A stretch of 63,532 nt of DNA, filler included, from Octopus bimaculoides (lineage: Eukaryota), in NCBI RefSeq assembly GCF_001194135.2. It is 5 parts of 5 records of this genome, joined end to end, with 100 filler letters (N's around TTAATTAATTAA, not from the genome) between each part and the next. Parts side by side here need not be neighbours in the genome. Positions count along the whole stretch, not along the records: positions 1 to 23,432 come from NC_068998.1; 4 more parts are not named here. One strand, written 5' to 3'. A model generated the notes under the pieces. That model had not been told where the DNA came from, did not search any database, and worked only from the letters and a program-made list of their open reading frames with translations. Every line of letters begins with the position of its first letter. The stretch's first letter is position 1. Below are positions 1-12,059 of the stretch, piece after piece. Made by a program: the position numbers and the translations under genes.

Positions 1-327
1 TGGCCTTCGTAGGATTTTCGAGCGAGATCGTTGCCAGTGCCCCTGGACTGGCTCTTGTGCGGGTGGCACATAAAAGACACCATTTCGAGCGTGGCCGTTG
101 CCAGTATCGCCTGACTGGCCTTCGTGCGGTGACACGTAGAAGCACCTACTACACTCTCTGAGTGGTTGGCGTTAGGAAGGGCATCCAGCTGTAGAAACTC
201 TGCCAAATTAGATTGGAGCCTGGTGTTGCCATCCGGTTTCACCAGTCCTCAGTCAAATCGTCCAACCCATGCTAGCATGGAAAGCGGACGTTAAACGATG
301 ATGATGATGATGATGATGATGATGATC
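1..327 (+). mobile_element. RTE-type LINE 3' UTR or RTE-tailed SINE with (GAT)n tail; 5' part lies outside the window
   Basis: GTTGGCGTTAGGAAGGGCATCCAGCTGTAGAAAC...CCAACCCATGCTAGCATGGAAAGCGGACGTTAAAC followed by (GAT)n. The same tail is joined to RTE RT-coding sequence at 12060-13655. It contains about 65-nt tandem units with GCCAGT/ACTGGC stems and retains its CpGs. Confidence 0.8.
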
Positions 328-329
328 TC

Positions 330-417
330 TTAAATATAGAACTGTACTCCTTTGTTGTCTTGACTTTCATTTTGCCAGACAGACAAACAGACAGAATTTC
401 AATTATATATATAGAGA
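330..417 (-). mobile_element. Probable Helitron 5' terminus fragment
   Basis: Minus strand reads A|TCTCTATATATATAATTGAAATTCTGTCTGTTTGTCTGTCTGG: a 5'-TC start, TA-rich stretch and GTCT repeats typical of non-autonomous Helitron 5' ends. Confidence 0.4.
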
Positions 418-859
418 TGAGTAAAGAAATGTAAAAGTAATTGTTGGGATATATGAAGTTTGTTTTAGTTTCAGTATTTAAGGAATATATAAATAGGTTA
501 ACTGAAACATACCAATAGGGGCAAGATTGTCATGTCAAATAAAACAAATATGAGAGAAACATCAATAAATTTTGTACTCATAGTTCATGTTTTATGGAGT
601 AATGAATTTGATTTTAGAGCTTGGAATAAATTCATGTATTACTTGACAAGTAATACAAGGTGCAAACAGCAATGTTAAAATCATATTCATGTATGAGTGA
701 CCTTGAGAAGAAAGGATAGCAGCTACGAGAAAAAGAAGTCCTGTCAATGACTGCTCTGCATGAAGCACTTAATTTATTAGACAGAAATATTGAAGAACTG
801 GGGAGTTGCCAATCCTAATATTCATAGTCGCTTCAAATAAAGAAGTAATTTTAACATCC

Positions 860-1270
860 TATTTATCTAAAGCCAATCTACAGAAGAATGGGTAAAGATC
901 CAGAAAAGAAGCTGCTATAGCAGAAGCATTATCTGAATGGTTTACTACTAAATCAGGACACATTCTTTCATCTGGGCTAAACTATGCTCAAAGTTATAAA
1001 TAGACAAAAGCTCAATGTTACAAGTGGTTGGCTGTCCCATTGGAAAATGAGACATAACAACATATTCCAGAAACATTATAGTACAAAGAAAATTACAAAA
1101 GTAAAAGCAACAACTGATTTTGCAGATCTACAAATCTGATGACATCGTCAATGCATATGAAACTGAATAGCTCTACAGAGTCTTTTAGATGATACTCTTA
1201 GCCTTTAAGAAGGAGTAGATAGTGTAAAGTAAAAAATACAAAAATAGCTACAATTATGGGGTTTTCTGAA
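860..1270 (+). pseudogene. Degenerate Tigger/pogo (CENP-B HTH plus DDE start) transposase fragment
   Basis: Manual translation across frames gives RMGKDPE..AEALSEWFTTK, TSGWLSHWKMRHNNIFQKH (ASxGWLxRWKxRH motif) and YKSDDIVNAYETE*LYRV (DDIFNADETGLFYR motif), with stops and frameshifts. Confidence 0.75.
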
Positions 1271-2384
1271 TGTTAGCAAGTGACATATTGGAACCCTTGA
1301 ATGAGTGGAATGATATTTACAACACAGCAGACAGAATATGATAAAGAGAGTTGTTCCAGAAAAATTGAAATGTTGTAATATTTCTTCCACATAATATAGT
1401 AATATTTCCAAAGCGTCATAAAATCACAACATACAGGTGTCTTTGAAATTTCTCAGAAAGTAAGTTTTCAGACAGTAGGCTGATTCTTGTTTCCAGAGAT
1501 TTCCTTTTACAGGTGTAGATGCTTCTCTTTTTGAAAAAGATGGGGTCACTCCCTGTCAATTTGGCAAGGGAACAGTTTTAAGATGTTGATTTAGAGAACT
1601 ACAACATATCCCAAACTGAAAAATGAGTTTCCTAATTCATGGATGATATAGTAAGATATACAGTTAGTAATGAACAATAATGATGATGATGGAAAAATGT
1701 GGTATTATAAAGATTTATCAGCTTCCTCCCTTTAACCTTACTGTAGATAAACGATGTTGAAAACATTAGAAATAACCAAATCCACCATTTTACTACTTAC
1801 ATATGGGTTCAGTGGTCTTTTATAATTAAATTATCAATTAATCTCATTATCAGTGCCATTTTGTGCTTTATGAACATTTCTATATGATAAGCTAGTTACT
1901 ACAATACCAGCAAGAAAGGGTAAAGGCTATACTCATATTGATGAAGACTTTCTACTTTGTTTGCTCAACCACAGAACAATGTTAGCAGTAATGGGTAAAA
2001 CAGATATAACAAAGAACCAACCCCTATATTTTTCCTAATCATTGCATTCAACTCTAGTATTGTTATTTCTGATATTGAAAACTGGAAATAATCAAACCCA
2101 TATTTTTATTACTTCAATGCATGAATATCATCATGATCATCATTATCATTATATTTATATTCATTCATTGTCAAATTATTTAATAGAGTTATAAAAATAC
2201 ATATTATAGCTACATAAATGCACTGTAATATTTTTATAAATAATTATAGAGCTATATTGTATTGCTAAATGCATACATTGTATTGCTAAATGCATACAGT
2301 TATATGTTATTTAGCTATACAAATGCATTATACAACTAAATATACGGTATAGGTTTAGTAATGCAAACAAGAAAATAGAAGTTA

Positions 2385-2530
2385 GCAGTTCAGCAAAAGA
2401 GACTGAGAGACTAAGTACCAGGTTAAAAAAATATTTGTGCTGGGCTTGATTTGTTTGACTAAAACACTTTTAAGTGGTGTCCCAACTTGGCTGCTGACCA
2501 AGGACTGAAACAAGTAAATGATGAAAGATG
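2385..2530 (+). mobile_element. 3' part of CORE-like tRNA SINE (old, CpG-decayed)
   Basis: TTAGCAGTTCAGCAAAAGAGAC...AAGTACCAGG...GATTTGTTTGACTAAA...GACTGAAACAAGTAAA matches the tails of the 18350 and 23100 copies. Confidence 0.6.
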
Positions 2531-2649
2531 AAAAATATATTTTATTAGTAATCAACAGAAGTTACAGAGTGACTTAAGGGCTCAGAGGTTTGTGTGTTGA
2601 CACATAGCTATATAAATATTTTATGTAGCTATATAAGTACACAATATCA

Positions 2650-2654
2650 TAATG

Positions 2655-2717
<63 letters not shown>

Positions 2718-2935
2718 TTAATCAACATTTAGCATCCATTCTCTATGTTGGCATGGGTAAGGTGAGTTAACAGGAACTGGCAAGGTCAAGGGTTGCACCA
2801 GGTCCTGTAGTCTGTTTTGGCTTGGTTTCTACAGCTGGATGTCCTTCCTAACACCAACCACTTTACAGATTGTACTGGGTGTTCTTTTATGTGGCACTAT
2901 CACCAGTGCTTTTTACGTGGCACCAGTACCTACAC
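2650..2935 (-). mobile_element. RTE-type 3' tail copy with (TTA)n microsatellite tail
   Basis: GGTTTCTACAGCTGGATGTCCTTCCTAACACCAACCAC is the reverse complement of the 1-327 tail motif, next to (AAT)n at about 2650-2717. Confidence 0.7.
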
Positions 2936-4663
2936 CAATACTTTATTATGTAATACCTTGGATATAAAATTTTGTTTTTAGGATATCAATTCTGTTGTGG
3001 TGGTGGTGAGGATCTTCTTGAGTGTTGTGGTTGGCAGCTCTTCTATATAAATATATTCTCAAGTCATTGATTCTCTTGAATATCATGTAAGAGTTTGTGG
3101 AAGTCAAGTGAGAGAACCTGGCAATGTTGATCAAAAGTTTGCTCCTGGTTGGTTCTTAGCCAGTCAAAGAGCTACTTTGCTCTTCCAAGCATCCTCTTTT
3201 CATTGTATATCCCACCATGTTAACTCAATCAAGGCATCTTGATGAGCTCACCTCCACTATTTATTCATATGTTGAATTTATAATGTAACTGTCTAGCAGC
3301 AAATGAAATTTCCCGTGAATTTTGATGGTCTCAGTCTCTGTTCAGTGTCCAACTTTGGGTTGTTGGCCCATGTTGACTCTCAGTTTGCAATTGTCATCCT
3401 ATTTGTGTTCTTTGTAATACCTATGGACCAAATATGGGTAAAACTGGCTGTTTTGGTTCCTATTGTCCACATTGTCCCTCCAAAATGCATCCAATCAACA
3501 CAGTAGGGACAATATTTATGTGGATCTAGCAGCATGAGGATCTCTTCATCCCCTCAATAACAGCTGCCTTACCACCAAATAGTAGCAACTGACTTAATGC
3601 AATACCCTCTTTGTCAGCTGACACCCTTCTTGACAATGAGCACACACACACACGCACACATGCATGCACATGCACACACACTTTGTAGTTGCCTGGTGTG
3701 TCAGTTTTTATATATGCTACAGTGATGTACTACTCTATTGCCATTATAGTGCAGCATATTTCCCTTGCCATGTCACACTGAATAATGTTACTAAAAGTAG
3801 CCTTGAAACTACCATTTTCCATTGCAACTAGAGGCCCTTGACCGCAACTGTGGTTCTAGTAGATATCCAGATGACATTACCCATTTTCCATGCTAAGGAG
3901 GGCAAGGTGCTTGTCCAAAACACTCTGCTTTGTGGCTCATTCTCCAGTAACACCTTATCACTTCAGTCTAAAATCAGAATCTGCCACCCACTGTACTGAT
4001 ATTGAAGTACGAGCCACTGAAGGACAGATTTTTTTTTCACACCAGTCGTTGTTCTGACCTCTATTATTTTTGATCCCTGGACTGCTGCTCTCCTCCACAA
4101 AACTGCGGTATAGACATCACATCTGAAGAAAGAACACCAATATGGCTGAATGGCTGATGCAGTGAATATTGCTTGTTATTCCTTGCAGCAGTATTTTTGT
4201 CAATCTATCCTCAGGCTGTGAGTAAGACAAATCATTCTACAAAACATGTAAAGTTTGTTTATTTCAATAAATATCCTTTAAATAAATCATATAGCTAATT
4301 ACACACACACACATTATGTAACAATTTGCATGCACAGAAATACATAGCTAAACATTTCAAACAGCTTTGTAATTATATTTTAATACTGTATGAATATGCT
4401 ATATTGTTATATTAATATATTTGTTTAGAAATTAAATTATTATCACCAGATATCTTATTCGACTTTAACTTTTCAAATTATACTGTTCCCCAACATTTTC
4501 ATTTTTCCTGCTTTAAATATAACACCCTAATTTTAGCATCTATCTTTATTTACACTGACATCCACTTGTTAATGTTTCTTACTGTAAATATCTTGACATC
4601 CACTATTTTAATGTTTCATATAATATATTATCAGCACCCATTTTGATCAGTTCTTTACTTTAA

Positions 4664-4885
4664 CCCTTTAGCATTTAAACTGGCCATAACTGGCCCAAAT
4701 ATTCTACCTGTTTTATGTTCAAACCAGCCAGATCTGACCTCTCACAACTACCCAAGAATGTCATTCTAAAAATAAGCAATCACACCATCAAAATCTCAAA
4801 GCTATGAGATAATGCTTGATTAAGCAAAAAAAGAATGTGAGTAAATAAGCATTACATTTGACATAGTAACCTGAAAGCTAAAGGG
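4664..4885. mobile_element. piggyBac-type MITE
   Basis: TTAA|CCCTTTAGC ... GCTAAAGGG|TTAA: perfect 9-bp TIRs beginning CCC and a TTAA duplication on both sides; 222 bp, no ORF. Confidence 0.8.
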
Positions 4886-5326
4886 TTAAACATACTGACA
4901 TTCATTAACTTTGCCACCCCAGAAATTTAGTTCTTATTCTACAACACAAGAATAAGGATTTCTTTTGGCCAGGCATAAAGTGTATAAGAGTTAGAGTGTG
5001 TCAACTGAATTGACTTCAATATGTTTCTGGTGTGTATTATGTCTATTCTAGAGGAATGTAAAGTTAGACATGGCAAGATTTAAATATTTAATCAAGGAGA
5101 AGCTTAATATTCTTATGCTTTTAGTTTTCTGCTGATATGCTCTGACCATTTCTACCATTCTTTATGTGATAATGGTTATGTGCTTCCTTAAAGTTTTTCA
5201 AATTATCAACTATTCTCTAACTTCTGTAAACTGAATAAAATTCACGTATGCTACTTTGAGTGCAGTGTTTCCCCTAGTATATGCCATGTTTGCTTGTACA
5301 AAACTGGTGTGATGTAAATATCTCTT

Positions 5327-5378
<52 letters not shown>

Positions 5379-5958
5379 TATATATATATACATCACATTG
5401 CTGGTGATGTGCAAATAACAACAGAGTTGGAAAGATATATTATATTTTGTGAATATGAATACAGTAAATGTAGGGTTGCTTGAATGAAAGAGACATGTGA
5501 AGTGTTTCATTGAATAATACACACTGATGTTGCAATAAGACAGACACAAAACCACTCCATAACCATATAGGAGTTATTCTGGATGACTACACTTAGGAAT
5601 CTCTACTCCATGTTGCTATCTAATTACAACTGCTTGCCAGTCCATCAAGAGAGGAAATGGCTGTGAATAAATACAATGAAATTCAACTCAAAACTTGGTT
5701 GTTCACATGCTTCTATGTTCAACTCTAATGACTCTGCATTTAGCTATATTGCAATTTAATATTTATCTTACTGCAATCATCCTACAAGAAATCATACTTA
5801 TAAACATACTATTCAAATAAGAAGAATAGGAGAAATGTAGAAAAGGGTCTTGATTGGATATATTATCCAAACGACCAGTATGGATCCACTTATAAACCCA
5901 TTGAACTGGTAAAGGAATCTCTTCATGGTCAGTCAAGAAACACCAAATATATATATAT

Positions 5959-6024
<66 letters not shown>

Positions 6025-6348
6025 GAGTGTGTACACACCCATGCACATAATAGTCATGGTTAAAATGACTTTGTTTATAATGTTACTCAATAAGAGAAGA
6101 GAAGATCTGGGGCTAAGTAGCAACAATTATGCCATCACTCAACCTTCAATAAATACCACTCATTTTCCCTCTAACCCACACTCTGAACTCTTAATACAAT
6201 GTATTATCACTACTTAACTTTATATATACTTGCAGAAACACTGCCCAGAGTGCAGTGTTTCCCCTAGTATATGCCATGTTTGCTTGAACAAAACTGGTGT
6301 GATGTAAATATCTTCCTCTATATATATATATACACACACACACACATA

Positions 6349-7010
6349 CTAGCAGAAACACTTGATGTTGCCCAGGTTAAAGAAAATAATGAAATTTAAA
6401 AACGCTGTGTAGATTATGCAGGTCTTAACTGCTAGTAGCTGAGATACCAACTTTCTCTGCAACTCATGCCAACATGGAAATAGACATTAAGTGAAATGTG
6501 AAAAGAAAGTTTTCATCTCATATATGCATATAAAGTAAATACATGTTTGTCAAACTTATTTCATAACCAAAAAACAGGTACAGATTATAAACGATGAAAG
6601 GTCGTGCATAGAGTACACACACACACATACACACAAACAGACAATGAATATATCACGTTATTGTTTCACTTTTATACACACAGATATACATTCACGCATG
6701 TCAGTCAGAAAGTGAAAGTGTAATAGTAATACTTTAACACTCAATGGTTTTACACTTTTGTGTATGTCATGTACATACTATTCATGTAAGTGCTTCTTCA
6801 TATACTATGTTTTCTGTCTTGCCATGTTTATCACTGAGAATATAGAGGTTCTTTTCATCTCCAACTCTAGAACATCCAACATACAGCTGACCACGTGAGA
6901 AGCAAGGTTGAAGGAGGTTAAGTCCCACCACCTTTAGAGATTGACCTTGTGCTTTGTTGATAGACATTGCAAAGCTAAGTTTGCCAGGAAACTGCACAAA
7001 ACAGAGAAAA
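6349..7010 (-). mobile_element. Helitron 3' fragment: PIF1-like helicase C-terminus plus 3' terminus
   Basis: ORF 6782-6997 QFPGKLSFAMSINKAQGQSLKVVGLNLLQPCFSRGQLYVGCSRVG matches RepHel helicase motifs V/VI. The terminus CCTGGGCAACATCAAGTGTTTCTGCTAG|T is a CpG-decayed hairpin followed by CTAG. Confidence 0.88.
6782..6997 (-). pseudogene. Helitron helicase C-terminal fragment
   Basis: FAMSINKAQGQSL and CFSRGQLYVGCSRV motifs of the PIF1/Helitron family. Confidence 0.88.
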
Positions 7011-7379
7011 TGAAAGAAATATGGATGACTCGTTCGGAAACACTCCCAAGTGAGGAACCGGACTCAAAAGTAACCTCCAATTGTTTTCCCCCAAAATTCC
7101 TATGGCCTCGGAATCAACATAGTCCGAGGTATATTTGTAGAGAATTTCATAAAAAAATATCCATTTTCTTGAAAGTGAAGACGAATTGAAGTGGACTCCG
7201 GTGAATATTCAGAAATTCCCCACCTCCTCCTAAAACACTTACCCACAAAATTTTGTATATTCGGGTCCCACCCCGAATATATAAAATTTTGTATATCTGT
7301 AGTTATGCCGACAAATTTGACACTTTCCTCCTAGGCATTGTTATATATGTATACAGAAATACACGAGTGCAGAAGATAG

Positions 7380-7645
7380 TGTAGCATGACACAAAAAGCC
7401 AGTGCCATTTTGTGCGAGATCTCACCGACAACCATGTTGTCAGGTACGAGACCGCAGCAACACTCTCGTGGGTAACATCTATTTCAGGAGGCTTATTAAG
7501 GAAATTCTCCCTCTTCACTTTCTCGCTTACGCTGAGAAACACTGCAAACTGTGGATTCTTATCCTGCTCTAACTTTACCCGTTATCTCCAGAGGTTAATG
7601 TACCTCACGTGAGCAGAACAATAATGGACTACGCGCTGCCATACA
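7380..7645 (+). repeat. Possible 5' LTR of the downstream Gypsy element
   Basis: Begins TGTA, ends TACA, and is followed 2 nt later by TGG (PBS-like start). There is no second LTR to confirm it and I could not match the PBS to a tRNA. Confidence 0.3.
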
Positions 7646-8436
7646 GATGGTCACTGGGAGCGAACCACATGAACGAGAACTAAAAAATAAACAACTACTG
7701 AATCGCATCTGCTTCTTCTTTCGAGTTCCAGATCCTAAGACTACAGAAATAATTGTAATGGGAGAAAGTGATACTCCACAGGTATCATGAACCTTCTAGT
7801 GCCATTATAAAATTGTGACCCCAATCAAAGAAAAAAGATTTTGGCAGTCGCAAGCTTTATTGTTGTAGATGCCTCACAAAAACTATAGAATGGCAGTCTT
7901 CGCTTGCAGTCTCAACTAAAAAAATCAATGGTCTGACGTCAGGATATCTTCTCTCATTCAAGTGAACCTTTAGAATTCATGCTTTTTGCCTCGAACTTGT
8001 ACCTAGAAGAGTATGCATTCTTCTTACAAGGAAAATACACGGTATTCTTTCAAACAATCTCCTTTTGAAGTAATTTCTCCCACAATGTCGACGGCCAATG
8101 TTTGATACCAGCAAATACACCAAATGCAGCAACGGGAAGATACTTCAAGCAAGCCAGCCATCAACTTCCAGCCATTGTTCCTGTCTATTGCCATGTCTTC
8201 TGATGCCTTCTTAAAAAAAACAGAAAAGCAATCTTTTTTTCTTTTTTCAGCAGACTGCAACAGGCTTGGCGACTAAAAAAAAAAGTTGTTTTTTTTCTCA
8301 TTGCTGCACACAGTACACTGAGGAAAAAAAATCAAAGATTTTGTTAAGCAAATTTTTTTTGCACACATGTTACTGTTCCAGCAGCACTTTGTCGGTTCTT
8401 TGGTCCTTTCTTTTCCCTCATCTGTAAAGAAAAAAA

Positions 8437-9167
8437 ATGAGTCTGCCCCACTTACCAGCGTACTCTGGTGATGTCACGCTTTGGTTTGCACAGTTGGATG
8501 CTTATTTTTCGGCCCATGCGGTGCCTCACCAACAGCAACTAAGTACTGTGGGATGCTTGCCCCTCTTGCATGCTCAGTGAAAGATCTTATCACTGACCCA
8601 CATCCAGACGCGACTTATGTGTCCATTAAATCTGAGGTTCTCCGATGGAACACCCAATCCACCAACAGTAAATTCCAGACACTGATGCAAGATGAGCACC
8701 TGGGAGACAGGATGCCATCTGAGTTTCTTCGGCGTTTGTGTGAACTCAGCGACACACCACTAGAGGACAATTCTCTGCTCAGAAAATTATTTTTCTCTTG
8801 GCTGCCACCGAATGTCCAATCCATATTGGCCACAGTGGTCAACTCAAATTTGCTCAACCAGTTAGCCACTATGGCGGACAAGATTATAGAGTTCACTGTA
8901 CAGCCAGCACCTCATCATACCTGTTCGGACACTGTAGTAGCTTCCTCTACTATCACTAAGTCTTTTCTCTCGTCATATAACGACATTTTGGACACATTGT
9001 GGCGAGAACACGCCAGCTCTTGTCGTCCTCACAGCAGAAACCATTCTAAGTCACGGTCATCTAGGTCTACTCCAACGGTTTCCAATCTCTGATGGTATCG
9101 TGCCACATTCAAGGAAAAAGCCCGTCGTTGCATCCAACCATGTTCGTTCAAGTTGTCGGGAAACTAG
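8437..9167 (+). pseudogene. gag: Ty3/Gypsy (CsRn1-like) gag, frameshifted
   Basis: MSLPHLPAYSGDVTLWFAQLDAYF, then a frameshift into VKDLITDP..YVSIKSEVL..LGDRMPSEFLRRL. The C-terminal *WYRATFKEKARRCIQPCSF is a decayed CHCC zinc motif. Confidence 0.85.
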
Positions 9168-11860
9168 TTATGGAAGATCTGAGCACGTCAGATTCTTCCC
9201 TCAAATTTTCATCTAATCGTGCATTCTTTGTTAAGGATTGTGTGTCTAACAAATCGTTCATGATTGACACTGGATCCAACTATTCTATTTAGCATTTGCA
9301 TTTTACTTCAGACATGCCAAGCAATCTGCCATATACCTGCTTGTGGTGAATCTACCCCCGATAAAAACTTATGGTCAGGTCTCATTACACCTAGATTTCA
9401 ACCTTCAAAGGGATTTTAGGTTGGTTTTTGTTATAGCAGATCTACCATATCCCATTCTGGGCACGGACTTCTTAAACCACTTTCACTTATTAGTTGATGG
9501 CAGGCGACAGAGACTCATGGACGATTCTACATCTTTATTTACACCTACTCGGGTCACTACTAATGCTGTTTTAAGCCCGTCATTTTTTGTTGCCACTGCT
9601 AGTACCAATTCCTTTCTCTTTTGGCTTCTTTCCCAGAGCTAGTGGATCCGACTTTCAAATCAGTAAAAGTCACACACTCGACTCGCCATTATATCACTAC
9701 TTCTGGACCAACGGTTTTTTGTTTTTTTTTTGTGTGCATGGCAACTCGCTCCTGATCAGCTCAAAAAGGCTCGATCTGAGTTTGAACATATGCTTCAACT
9801 TGGCCTTATTTACCCCTCCACCAGCCCTTGGGCATCTCCTCTACATTTGGCATGGAAAGGGGATTCAGACTTTCATCCGGTGGAGGATTACAGATGTTTA
9901 AATGCAGTCACTGTTCTCGATCGCTATCCTATAAGGATTCTCCAAGATTTTTCTTCAAACTTACATGGTTGTACCATTTTTTCCAAGGTTGACCTCATCC
10001 GAGCTTATCATCAAATTCCAATGAACACTGACGACATTCCCAAAACTGCTGTTATCACCCCCTTTGGAAGTTTTGAGTTCCTGTTTATGAAGTTCGGCTT
10101 GCAGAATGCAAGGAGCACATTCCAGAGGTTTATTGACGAATTTGTCTATGGACTTGACTTTGTGTTCGCTTACGCTGATGATTTGCTCATAACTAGTGAC
10201 ACACATGAAAATCATCTCCAAGTCTTATCTCAACTTTTTCAACATCTTCGCGCCTACAATGTGCAAATCAACCCCAGTAAGTGTGTTTTCGGACAGGCCT
10301 CTCTGGTATTCCTAGGAAATTATATCAATTCTAATGGTATCCGACTTCTCTCCTCCAAAGTCGATGCAATTCAGCGCATCTTATCTCCCACTTCTCTATG
10401 CCAATTGCGTCACTTCTTGGGAATTGTCAACCTCTATAAGAGATTTATACATAAATGTGCAGACAAGTTACTTCCATTGACTCAACTACTGAAAGCAAAT
10501 ACAAAAAAAAAGAAATGCTCCTATCACTCTATCTGTCAAGGCATTATCCTCCTTTGAGTCAATCAAGAAGGAAATAGCTTCTGTTCCCTTGCTTGCGCAT
10601 CCAGCTCCTGATGCTTGTCTCTCTTTAACAGTTGATGCATTGAATTCTGCAGTTGGTGCTGTTTTGCAACATACTGTCGACATTCAAACTTGGCCTTTGG
10701 CATTTTTTCTCGTCAATTACAGCCAGCTGAGTGTCATTACAGTATGTTTGATCGTGAACTTTTAGCGATCCATCTGTCGATTTGTCACTTTGCACATCAA
10801 CTGGAGGGCCGGGATTTTGTGATTTATACTGATCACAAGCCTCTTACGTTTGCTCCGTCATCTAAATCAGACAAACACTCGCCTCATGCTTTTTGTCACC
10901 TGGACTACATTTCCCAGTTCACAAGTGACATTTGGCATATATCTGGAACAGAGAAGGTGCCTGCTGACGCACTCTCTTGTCTCCCTGTATGTTCTCTTTC
11001 AACTCCTGCTGCAGATGATTTAACTGCCATTGCGCAGGATCAGCCAGCTCTGGACACATTGGATCTGACTTCCACTAAGCTGTCCTGTTGCAAGTTTGCC
11101 TATTTTCCACTTCCGTCTGCTGAAGGCACAATCCTTTGTGACACAGCTACTGGTTCTCCCAGACCGTTTGTACCTGCAACTCACCAGCATTCTGTTTTCA
11201 ATGCCTTGCATTCATTGTCGCATCCTGGCATTGCTGCTTTGGTGAAGCTTATTACGGCTTGGTTTTTCTGGCCTAATATGCATTGTATGATCACCTCTTG
11301 GGCACACTCCTGTGTGAAATGCCAGGATTCTAAAGTCCACAGGCGCATTCGCGCTTCTCTTGGACAGTTCTCTCCACCGGAAACTCGCTTTCGCCATGTC
11401 CACATTGATCTGGTTGGACCATAGCCTGTCAGTCGCAGGTTCTCTTACATATTGACATGCGTCGATCGTTTCTGTCTTTGACCTGAAGCCATTCCAATAG
11501 TGGACATTTCCGCTGAGTCAGTTGCTCGAGCTTTCGTTTCTAACTGGATTGCTCACTTTGGTGTCTCAGCTAAAATAATCACTGATCATGCACATCAGTT
11601 TGAAGCTTTCTTATTTCGTGAATTGTCACGAATCCTAGGCGTTCATCACACTCGTATGACCAGCTTCCAATGGGATGGTCGAACGTTTTCACAGGCAACT
11701 GAAGGCTGCTCTACACGCCAATTCTGATTCACAGTCTTGGACAGAATTCCTACCTATCGTTCTTCTTGGTTGTCGCACTGCTGTTAAAACAGACTTAGGT
11801 TTCTCCTCTGCTCAACTCCTTTACGGTACCATCCTGGCACTCCCTGTTGGTGCCAGACAA
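9158..11860 (+). pseudogene. pol: Ty3/Gypsy pol (protease, RT, RNase H, integrase), disrupted and 3'-truncated
   Basis: FMIDTGSNYS (aspartic protease); SPWASPLH, DRYP, FSKVDLIRAYHQIP, FGLQNARSTFQRF and FAYADDLLI (RT); FDRELLAI, IYTDHKPL (RNase H); HSLSHPG..C..CQ and HVHIDLVGP, VERFHRQLKAAL (integrase). Domain order PR-RT-RH-IN, with several stops and frameshifts. Confidence 0.95.
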
Positions 11861-12059
11861 CTCCTTGCATCCTGTAGTACTTTTTTCTTGCTCATTGTTC
11901 TATAAAGAAAAATAATCTGCAACCTTCTGTCTCAATAAGCCACTATTGCTCCTGAGAGCTGTTTTTTTTTAAATATTTACTACAGATTGCTCGAAGCTAA
12001 CTTTCTTCCTACACCTCTATCCCTGGATCTTACATTTGTATATATATATATATATATAT

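Noticed and set aside
2946-3506. Short ORFs on both strands next to the RTE tail
   Set aside because: No recognisable motif in any of the frames I translated; possibly decayed TE.
5815-5930. Protein-like frame RRNVEKGLDWIYYPNDQYGSTYKPIELVKESLH ending at a GTCAGT donor
   Set aside because: In-frame stop just upstream and no acceptable acceptor or start codon.
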